From Candidatus Latescibacterota bacterium (GTDB taxonomy: Bacteria > Latescibacterota > UBA2968 > UBA8231): DNA of 64,000 bases. This document shows positions 28,752-36,600 of the stretch, one piece after another; within the stretch, counting starts at the first letter, position 1, and every line of letters begins with the position of its first letter. The stretch lies in NCBI GenBank assembly GCA_964291625.2, contig OZ220089.1, forward strand, positions 672,001 to 736,000, written 5' to 3'. Under the pieces are notes generated by a model. The model was given only the letters and a program-made list of their open reading frames with translations, had not been told where the DNA came from and did not search any database. A program made the translations under genes and the position numbers.

Positions 28752-30779
28752 ATGGAAGAAGAGCCCACTACACCGATCTCCGTACTGACGATTGCCGACA
28801 TAGACTCAGTTGACGAACTGATGAAGCGTAACGGCAACACCCTTGGCTTTCTGCCACGTCCTGCCCTCGAAGAGTATCTGGCCAAGGAAGGCGTGCTGGG
28901 AGCCAAGAATCAGGACGGGCAACTCGTCGGCTATCTCATGTACGCAGGTAATCGTGACCGATTCCGCATCGCGCAACTCTGCGTAACTGATAGCCGAAGG
29001 GGGGAGGGTGTTGCGAGGGACCTTCTCGAAGTGTTGAAGGAGTCTGCCAGCACTCAGAAGGTCATTACGCTTAGGTGTCGTAACGATTTTCCGGCGCATC
29101 GGCTGTGGCCGAAGCTAGGATTCGTGCCGATAAGCGAGAGCACCGGTAGATCGAAAGAAGGTCACCTTCTGACTTTCTGGCGCTATCAATTGGCGCGTCA
29201 CGATCAGCTGGAATTGTTTCGTGCCAATATGTCCGATGACGTACTAGATGCTGTTATCGACGCTCAGGTGTTTTTCGACTTTGATAGACCGGATAGCAAC
29301 CTCACACAGCCATCAAAGGTCTTGATTTCCGACCTGTTCCTCGATTCGGTGAATCTTTGGTTCACCGATGAACTCCTTAGCGAAATCAATCGGAGCAGTA
29401 GTGCAGCCAAGAGGGAAGAAGCGAGAACACGAGCCAGACAGTTCTTAGAGGCGAAGCACCATCCGTCCTTGGTCGACAGCTTTCGGGCTAAGCTAAAGCA
29501 GATCTTGCCTAGCCGGACCCCGAATCAGCTTTCGGACATCATGCATCTGGCGAAGACCGCCGCCTCAGAGATCGACCTCTTCGTAACCAGAGACCAATTG
29601 CTCCTGGACAGAGCTGCACAGATTGGTGTCGCGGCTAGTGTCCAGGTGTTATCCCCAACGGCGCTGATCCTCAAGTTACAGGAACTGTCTGGGGATCATC
29701 CCTATGCACCCGAGCATGTGTCTGGCCCCGGTCTCTCATGGCGCCGCTTGACCTCCGAAGAGCTATTAGGCTTTCCCTTCGATCGCTTCCTCCAACATCG
29801 AGAACGTCCTGGAGACCTCAGGACAAGAGTCCACTCATTTCTCTCGGATACTCCTAGGACTGAAGTTGAAGCCCTATGGTCCAGTAAGGAACCGGTTGCC
29901 ATTCGGGGAATGGCGTATAGCTCCCCAAGCGTCCTCACTGTACTCTTGTGCAGAGTGGCGAGTTCTGTCAGATCCTCGTCTATGAGACTCTTTCCGATTG
30001 CGGACGTCATCAATAGGGCCGTCACGAGGGGTATCGATGTAGTAAAGGTGGACAATTCCGCAGTTCCGCTAGACCTTCTACCGGCGACTTTGGAAATGGG
30101 ATTCACCCGATGGGACGGCGGGTTCGTCCGTTTTTGCTTCACGCGCTATCTGGAACAAGACGGAGTATTGTCGACGATCGCCGGGCTTTTGCCAGGATGC
30201 GGGGACAACTACGGGGACATGTCGAGTCTAGAGCTGGAACGTTCCTGTTCGCCTCTGATTACCGACGCGGCCCAGAGCTACTTCTTGATACCAATAAGGC
30301 CGAACTTCGCCCGCAGTCTCATCGACAGGCACCTATCGTCGTCCGATATGTTTGGAGGGGATCCGGACGTACTCCTGCGTTGGAGCAATGTGTATTATCG
30401 AACGGCGAGTCAACACAGAATGCTAACGGCCCCGGGGCGGATATTGTGGTACGTGAGTGGTAACTCAAGAGAGATTGTGGCAACGTCTCATCTTGACCAA
30501 GTTGTACTCGACAGGCCCAAAGAGCTGTTCAGGAGATTCAGGAGGTACGGAGCCTTCGAGTGGAGGCATCTCTACAAGACATGCGATGGAGACGTATCCA
30601 AGAAGGTAATGGCCTTGCTGTTCTCACACACCTTTCCTTTTCGGAGACGTGTTCCACTGAACGAAATCTGGGAAGTGTTCGATGAGGATGGAGTAGCGCG
30701 ATCGCTGCAATCGCCCAGGAGTATTCATCTTGGCACGTTTCAGAAGCTGTTGGAACTAGGATATTCGGAGCAATCATGA
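28752..30779 (+). CDS. GNAT-PIN-(GNAT)-EVE/ASCH-like multidomain protein
   Basis: GNAT motif A QLCV...RRGEGVA and WPKLGF; PIN VIDAQVFFD...SD..H...FVTRD; C-terminal IPIRP...NVYYR...ILWYVS. Visibly lower GC than the flanks. Confidence 0.75.
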   Translation: MEEEPTTPISVLTIADIDSVDELMKRNGNTLGFLPRPALEEYLAKEGVLGAKNQDGQLVGYLMYAGNRDRFRIAQLCVTDSRRGEGVARDLLEVLKESASTQKVITLRCRNDFPAHRLWPKLGFVPISESTGRSKEGHLLTFWRYQLARHDQLELFRANMSDDVLDAVIDAQVFFDFDRPDSNLTQPSKVLISDLFLDSVNLWFTDELLSEINRSSSAAKREEARTRARQFLEAKHHPSLVDSFRAKLKQILPSRTPNQLSDIMHLAKTAASEIDLFVTRDQLLLDRAAQIGVAASVQVLSPTALILKLQELSGDHPYAPEHVSGPGLSWRRLTSEELLGFPFDRFLQHRERPGDLRTRVHSFLSDTPRTEVEALWSSKEPVAIRGMAYSSPSVLTVLLCRVASSVRSSSMRLFPIADVINRAVTRGIDVVKVDNSAVPLDLLPATLEMGFTRWDGGFVRFCFTRYLEQDGVLSTIAGLLPGCGDNYGDMSSLELERSCSPLITDAAQSYFLIPIRPNFARSLIDRHLSSSDMFGGDPDVLLRWSNVYYRTASQHRMLTAPGRILWYVSGNSREIVATSHLDQVVLDRPKELFRRFRRYGAFEWRHLYKTCDGDVSKKVMALLFSHTFPFRRRVPLNEIWEVFDEDGVARSLQSPRSIHLGTFQKLLELGYSEQS

Positions 30780-31237
30780 GCGAGACACCAAGACCGCTGC
30801 TTCTTTCCTTGAAACCTCGCTATGCAGACCTAGTATTTGAGGGAGTCAAGAGAGCCGAGCTCCGCAGGCGTGCTCTTTTGCAGATGGAGGGGCGCCACGT
30901 GTTCGTCTACGTTACTAGTCCCATTATGCTGTTGCGGGGAGGATTCCGTGTCGGAGAGGTGTGGGCAGGGACGCCGCAGGACATCTGGGACAGGATCTCC
31001 GAGTGGGCTGGCGTCGAGAAGGACGATTTCGATGCCTACTACGCAGGACAGTCCATAGCATATGCTCTGGAGATCACCGAGGTCTGGGAGTACGCAAACC
31101 CGCCGGGACTTACTACATTGAGGAGCAGGTTCGATGACTTCATCGTTCCTCAATCTTGGCGGTATGTAAAGCCAGAGGAGCATCGATCTTTCCGAAGGAT
31201 GGAGCGTACGATGGAAGTAGAGAGCTGCGCCCGATAG
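30776..31237 (+). CDS. ASCH domain protein
   Basis: LLSLKPRYADLVFEGVKRAELRR, VYVTSP, F..YY and PQSWRY. ATGA-coupled to the upstream gene. Confidence 0.85.
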   Translation: MSETPRPLLLSLKPRYADLVFEGVKRAELRRRALLQMEGRHVFVYVTSPIMLLRGGFRVGEVWAGTPQDIWDRISEWAGVEKDDFDAYYAGQSIAYALEITEVWEYANPPGLTTLRSRFDDFIVPQSWRYVKPEEHRSFRRMERTMEVESCAR

Positions 31238-31634
31238 TCTGATAGGACTAGTCGTAGTCAGGCTTCAAGATTCCCTCCAGTTTTGACCTGATGACTAGCG
31301 CGTCCGGGAGATCTCTTGCTTGGTCAACCGCCGCAATCGGACAGGGCGTTCGGGCCCGGGGGGCCGGCAGTATGTTCGTGAGCCGTAGTGGGGTGGAGCC
31401 CTGCATGAAAAGTGAGCGCTGCGGCGTATCAGCGGGATGAGTTGCTGGGCTGGTGAGGAGGAGGGCTGGCTCCATCCGAGGGGGAGCGGGTCGACCGGTC
31501 TTGGTCGTATCTTGCCTCCGGGGAGAGCGTTGAGGTGGTCATGGACTGGATCTCGAAACGGAACTCTCTCGATGACGCAAGAGCCCCCAGGGGTGAGGCG
31601 TAGTGACTTTCGGAATTCAAGGAGTCCATAACCA

Positions 31635-33299
31635 ATGCTGCCGACACCGCCGGGACCGAGACCGATCAAGCCCCGGGGCGATATCCGCCTGCTCTTCGCC
31701 GCCGACCTCTCGAGTCACGCGCGGGAACCGTTCGTCGGCGACCCGGCAACCCCCGAACAGATCCGCACGCTCGTCGACCACTTCGCCCTGAGTGGGGCGG
31801 ACGCCCTTGGGCAGGAGGTCTTCGGACAGGGGTGGGTCCTGCACTTCTACTCCGACACCTACGAGTACGATCAGCGGCCGCAGCATCGCCGCTGGATTCC
31901 CATGCTGGATCGGGGCATCCATCCCATCGAGGTATTCAGCGACCGGGCGCACGAGCATGGGATGAGGTTCATCGCGGGGGCACGGTTCGGCGACGACCAC
32001 GGCGCCCCCACACAGGGGGCCCGGTGGATATTCGATCACCCGGAGTACATCCTGAGGGACCTCCCGCCGGGGCCGCTGAGCAAGCCGGGCAACACCCTCG
32101 ACTTCTCGTTCCGCGAGGTGAGGGACTTCCACTTCGGGGCGATCGAGGAGATCGCGCGCCGTTTCGACGTGGACGGCATCGAGATCACCTTCCGCAGCGA
32201 CAATCACTTCCCCTACCCCCGCTCGATCTCCCGGGAACGACAGCCCCTGATGACGGAGCTGATGCAACGGATCCGCCACATGCTGGACGACGAGGCGCGC
32301 AACAAGGGCAGGGAACTGCTTCTCGGCGTCCGTGTTCCGGAGACCGTCGACGAGTGCCACGACTGCGGCCTCGATCTCCCCACGTGGATCACCACCGGTA
32401 TCCTCGACTACGTCAGCCCGGCCAACTCCATGTACTCCAACCACAACGCGCGATGGGAGGAGTTCTCGAGGCTCACGAGAGGGACCGCCTGCCGCCTGCT
32501 TCCGGGAGTCCTGCCGTTCTGCTCGGCCACCGACTCGCGGAGCGACACCGTCCCCTGGGCGCTCCAGCCGCATACCGGCGAGAGCGGCACGAGGGACCAC
32601 GTGGCGTTCCAGTCCCGGGTCTACCTGCGTCCCATGACCTCGGACAACTACCGCGCCCTCGCCAACAACATGTACGGAGCCGGGGCCGACGGCGTGTCGA
32701 GCTTCAACTTCCAGGAGCAGTACACGGGGAATCTCATCGGCGGGTTCCCCGTAAAACTGGCCCTGCTCAGGGAGCTCAAGGACCCCGAAGCGATCAAGGC
32801 ACGCCACCGCACCTACCTGTTCCGGTCGATGCTCGGAGGGGTGGACTACCACGGCGCGCCCGGCATGGCTTCGACCGGCGCCATCAAGGACGACAAGATC
32901 GTCCCGAGCCGCGAGGCGCCCCGCGTCCGTCACGAGTACCGGCTGCGTCTGTGCGAGCAGTGGGACGAAGTCGGCCACGCCAGCATGGTGGTCCGCGCCC
33001 AGGACCTTCGGCCCGGAGAGCGTCTGGCCTTCGACATGAACGGGGTGACGATCCCCGACGAGAGCGTCCGGCGGATGTGGCACTCGGACGGCCGCTCCAC
33101 CAACATCGGGCGTCCGCTCCCGGCCTATTCGACCCTCATGTTCGACCTCGGCACGGACTACATGCTCGATGGGGACAACACCCTCGGCGTAAGCCTGGCA
33201 GAGGTCGAAGACGGCCTCGGTGGCGATATCGTCATCGACGAGATCGACGTCACCGTGATGCCCTCATGGTCCGAGCCAACGGAAAGGAGCCACTCGTGA
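31635..33299 (+). CDS. Hypothetical TIM-barrel protein (GHL10-like)
   Basis: AHEHGMRF, HPEY, LDFSFREVR, FDVDGIE, W...GILDY and GADGVSSFNF. Confidence 0.6.
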   Translation: MLPTPPGPRPIKPRGDIRLLFAADLSSHAREPFVGDPATPEQIRTLVDHFALSGADALGQEVFGQGWVLHFYSDTYEYDQRPQHRRWIPMLDRGIHPIEVFSDRAHEHGMRFIAGARFGDDHGAPTQGARWIFDHPEYILRDLPPGPLSKPGNTLDFSFREVRDFHFGAIEEIARRFDVDGIEITFRSDNHFPYPRSISRERQPLMTELMQRIRHMLDDEARNKGRELLLGVRVPETVDECHDCGLDLPTWITTGILDYVSPANSMYSNHNARWEEFSRLTRGTACRLLPGVLPFCSATDSRSDTVPWALQPHTGESGTRDHVAFQSRVYLRPMTSDNYRALANNMYGAGADGVSSFNFQEQYTGNLIGGFPVKLALLRELKDPEAIKARHRTYLFRSMLGGVDYHGAPGMASTGAIKDDKIVPSREAPRVRHEYRLRLCEQWDEVGHASMVVRAQDLRPGERLAFDMNGVTIPDESVRRMWHSDGRSTNIGRPLPAYSTLMFDLGTDYMLDGDNTLGVSLAEVEDGLGGDIVIDEIDVTVMPSWSEPTERSHS

Positions 33300-34438
33300 A
33301 GATCACCCAGGTCGAGGCAATCCCCTTCGCCAGCTTCCTCTACGTCCGGATCGATACCGACGAGGGCGTGCACGGCATCGGCGAGGCCAGCCTCAGCGGC
33401 CGCAACCGGGCCGTGGCCGCCGCCTTCGACCACATCACCCCCCTGCTGATCGGCCAGGACGCCACCCGGATCGAGTTCATCTGGCAGGACCTGTTCCGGG
33501 GCACCTTCTGGCGCGGCGGACCGGTGCTGCAGTCGGCGCTGGCCGGCGTCGACCTGGCGCTGTGGGACCTCAACGGCAAGGCCCTCGGCGTGCCCGCGTA
33601 CCGCCTCCTCGGAGGCCGGGCCCGCGACAAGGTCCTCCTCTACCGGCACGTCGGCGGCGCCACGCCGGAAGGGCTGGTCGAGAGCTCCCGGGCCCTGCTC
33701 GACGAGGGCTGGAAGGTGTTGCGCATCTCGCCGATCGTCGCCGGCCGCGGCATGGACCACGTCCCCGAGGTCGGCTTCGACCCGCGCCGTGCGATCCTCA
33801 ACGGCGTCGCTCACATGACCGCCCTGCGCGAGGCCGTGGGGCCGGAGGTGGAGATCATCTTCGAGGTCCACACGCGGCTGTCGCCGGCGCGCGCCGTCGA
33901 GCTGTGCCGGCAGCTGGAGGGGCTGCGGCCGTTCTTCGTCGAGGATCCGATCCGCTCGGAGAACCCCGGGGCCTTCCGCACCCTGCGCGAGCAGACCTCG
34001 GTGCCGATCGGCACCGGCGAGCAGCTCCACGACAAGTGGGCCTACCGCGAGCTGATCGAGGGCGAGTTGATCGACTATCTGCGCGTCGACATCTGCCACA
34101 CGGGCGGGATCACCGAGGGCCGCAAGCTGGCCCACATGGCCGAGGTCCACTACCAGGAGCTGGCCACCCACTACACGGCGAGCCCGGTGAGCTCGGCGGC
34201 CATGCTGCACCTGAACCTGTCGATCGCCAACTGCGCCGTGCAGGAGTTCGCGCCGCCATCGGCGGCCATGGACGAGGTCGTGGACCACGACCTGCGCGTC
34301 GAGGACGGGTACCTGCTGGCCTCGGACCGGCCGGGGCTGGGGATCGACCTCGACGTGGAGGCGGCCCGGCGGCTCGGCGCCAACGATGGCGAGCCGCCCC
34401 ACCTGCGCCGGCCGGACGGGGCCGTGCAGGACTGGTAG
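33296..34438 (+). CDS. Mandelate racemase/muconate lactonizing family (galactonate dehydratase-like)
   Basis: TDEGVHGIGE, SALAGVDLALWDL.GK, FVEDP, GEQL and PGLGID. RBS AAGGAG. Confidence 0.9.
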   Translation: MKITQVEAIPFASFLYVRIDTDEGVHGIGEASLSGRNRAVAAAFDHITPLLIGQDATRIEFIWQDLFRGTFWRGGPVLQSALAGVDLALWDLNGKALGVPAYRLLGGRARDKVLLYRHVGGATPEGLVESSRALLDEGWKVLRISPIVAGRGMDHVPEVGFDPRRAILNGVAHMTALREAVGPEVEIIFEVHTRLSPARAVELCRQLEGLRPFFVEDPIRSENPGAFRTLREQTSVPIGTGEQLHDKWAYRELIEGELIDYLRVDICHTGGITEGRKLAHMAEVHYQELATHYTASPVSSAAMLHLNLSIANCAVQEFAPPSAAMDEVVDHDLRVEDGYLLASDRPGLGIDLDVEAARRLGANDGEPPHLRRPDGAVQDW

Positions 34439-34510
34439 GGCCGGCGGCGGGATCGCGCTGGCGGACGAGCACCTGTATCGGCGGGACCTTCCTATGGCGC
34501 CGCGGGCCGG

Positions 34511-35317
34511 CTACGCCGAGAAACCGCCGAAACCCGCGGCGTACCCGGCGAGCACGGCGTCGGGGTCGTGATCGCTGCCGGGGGCGTGGATCACCTCGAC
34601 CGAGAACCAGCCGTCGTACCCGGCGGCCTCCAGCAGGCGCACCGGCGAGGCGTGGTCGATGACCCCGTCGCCGAGGCCGCAGACCTGCATGCGGCCGTCG
34701 ACGTAGCGGCCGTCGTGGGCGTGGAGGTGCCGCGTCAGCGGGCCGATGGCCCGGAAGGACTCCTCCGGCGTCTCCATCATGCGCTGGGTATGCATCACGT
34801 CCCACAGGACCTGCACGGCCGGGTGGTCGACGGCCTCGATGACGGCCCGCACCGGCGCCGAGCAGCACCAGTCGTCGTGGGTCTCCATCAGCACCGTGAC
34901 CCCCGCCGCCCCGGCCTCGGCCGCCACCTGGCGGTAGCCCTCGGCCGTGTGCTCCACCGCGGCGGCCAGCTCCCCCGCGTGGCCCCGGGCGCCGCCGAAG
35001 GTGCGCAGGAGCCCGCAGCCGAGGTCGGCGGCCAGCTCGATGTAGCGGCGCACGTCCTCGACGTGGTCCGCCCGCTCCGGTTCCGCCACGGCCATGCGGG
35101 CGCCGGTGGCGATGCAGCAGATCTCCAGCCCCTCGTCGGCGAAGCGGCGCCTCACCTCGGCGCGTTCCGCCTTGGACAGGCCGGCCTCGATGCCGCTGGC
35201 GTGGCCCCACTCGACGCGCGGCTCCAGGCCCTTGTACCCGTGGCGCTTCATGCCGGCCACGACCTCGTACAGGCGCCAGTCGGGGCAGACGCTGGTCATC
35301 GTCGCCAGGTCGGTCAT
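34511..35317 (-). CDS. Sugar phosphate isomerase/epimerase (xylose isomerase-like TIM barrel)
   Basis: GYKGLE, METHD, WDVMH, HLHAHD and GYDGWFSVE. Confidence 0.85.
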   Translation of the reverse strand: MTDLATMTSVCPDWRLYEVVAGMKRHGYKGLEPRVEWGHASGIEAGLSKAERAEVRRRFADEGLEICCIATGARMAVAEPERADHVEDVRRYIELAADLGCGLLRTFGGARGHAGELAAAVEHTAEGYRQVAAEAGAAGVTVLMETHDDWCCSAPVRAVIEAVDHPAVQVLWDVMHTQRMMETPEESFRAIGPLTRHLHAHDGRYVDGRMQVCGLGDGVIDHASPVRLLEAAGYDGWFSVEVIHAPGSDHDPDAVLAGYAAGFGGFSA

Positions 35318-35757
35318 CGCTCTCCTCTCTTTGTGGGGCGCGGGCATCCGCGCCGTCTGCGGGGGCGGCAATCTAAGGACCGGCGCGGGGCGCCGGCTAC
35401 GGGGCGTCGTGCGGACGCCGTTGGCCCGGGGGTGAGGTGCTCAACCGGCTGCCATGGCGGCAACCCCTTCAGCGCAGCCGAGAGCCGGGCTCCGTTGGCC
35501 TCGGCTCGGGCAGTCGCGGCAGAAGCCGCCTCAAGTCTCGGCGCAGAGCCGGGCGCCTTGCGGCCTGACCCGGGCGAGCCTGGATGGAGGACACGGCCCC
35601 CGGGCGCCTGCATGACCGGGGTTGGTGTCCTCAACCGGCTGCCCCGGCGGCAACCCATTCGGGCCGCGTCAAAGAGCTTGGGACGTGCAGTTAAATCGGC
35701 CCCTGCGAGCCACGGCTCGTGCAGTTCCGCGGCTCCGGCCCGCCTCGGCGGAGCCCT

Positions 35758-36453
35758 TCAACCCTCGGCGAAGAGCCGGGCCCCGTGCTTGCCGCGGCCC
35801 ACCACGGCGAGGCCCTCCACGGCCCGCAGGCAGTAGGTCACACGCGCCGCCAGGGTCGGGCTCAGGCCCGCGGCCTCGGCCAGCCCCCGGTTGGTGAAGG
35901 GCCGGGGCAACTCCCCGGCCGGGGGCAGCAGGGCCAGCAGACGGGCCGGCGTCGACAGGTCGCAGCGGCGCACCACCTTCAGCAGGCGGCGGTCGGTGCG
36001 CCGCCACTCCGGGTGCCGCCAGGAGCCGCCGCCGTCGTAGCACCGTACCTCCTCCTCCTGGATCAGCAGCACCTCCAGGGCGAAGGCCGGACGGGCCGGC
36101 AGGTCGGGGATGCTCACCAACTCGTGGAAGACGTCCTCCACCCGTCCCCGCTTCGGGGACTTGCGCCGGCCCAGGCGCTCCCCCTCGCCGTCGACGCGCA
36201 GGATCCACTTCTCCGCCGCGATGGGGTGGACCAGACGCACCCGCCGCCGCTCGGTGAGCCGCCGCAGCTTGGCCTTCAGGGGCGCGAAGCTGCGGGTCTG
36301 GATCTCCACCAGCAGGTCGTCGTCGCGCTCGATGTCGACGACGTAACCGTCGACCCGGGTCTCCAGGCGGTCCTGGGGACGGGCGTACCAGGACTTGACC
36401 GCGGCGTGCAGGGAACGCTCGCGCAGGACGCCGATGTGCGGGGGGGCCGGCAA
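35758..36453 (-). CDS. Hypothetical protein, PD-(D/E)XK nuclease-like
   Basis: ERSLH, VDGYVVD, VEIQT, and a C-terminal wHTH-like segment. Confidence 0.55.
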   Translation of the reverse strand: MPAPPHIGVLRERSLHAAVKSWYARPQDRLETRVDGYVVDIERDDDLLVEIQTRSFAPLKAKLRRLTERRRVRLVHPIAAEKWILRVDGEGERLGRRKSPKRGRVEDVFHELVSIPDLPARPAFALEVLLIQEEEVRCYDGGGSWRHPEWRRTDRRLLKVVRRCDLSTPARLLALLPPAGELPRPFTNRGLAEAAGLSPTLAARVTYCLRAVEGLAVVGRGKHGARLFAEG

Positions 36454-36600
36454 TCCACCTCCGGGACGGACGCGCCGTCCTGTGGATGGACCCGGGGAGA
36501 GGGGGTGCGGGGGGGATGCGGCCTGGGGGAGCCGCTGGATCGAAGATAGGGACCCCGCGCCCGGGGTGCCGGGTGGCCGACGAGACTCCCCCCCATGGCC

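Noticed and set aside
31245-31330. CTGATGA within a hairpin, suggesting a hammerhead ribozyme
   Set aside because: No stem II-GAAA-stem III arrangement follows.
31832-34438. 868-aa ORF implying a fusion with the dehydratase
   Set aside because: The N-terminal part is an off-frame shadow of 31635-33299. The real start is GTG 33296 with an RBS.
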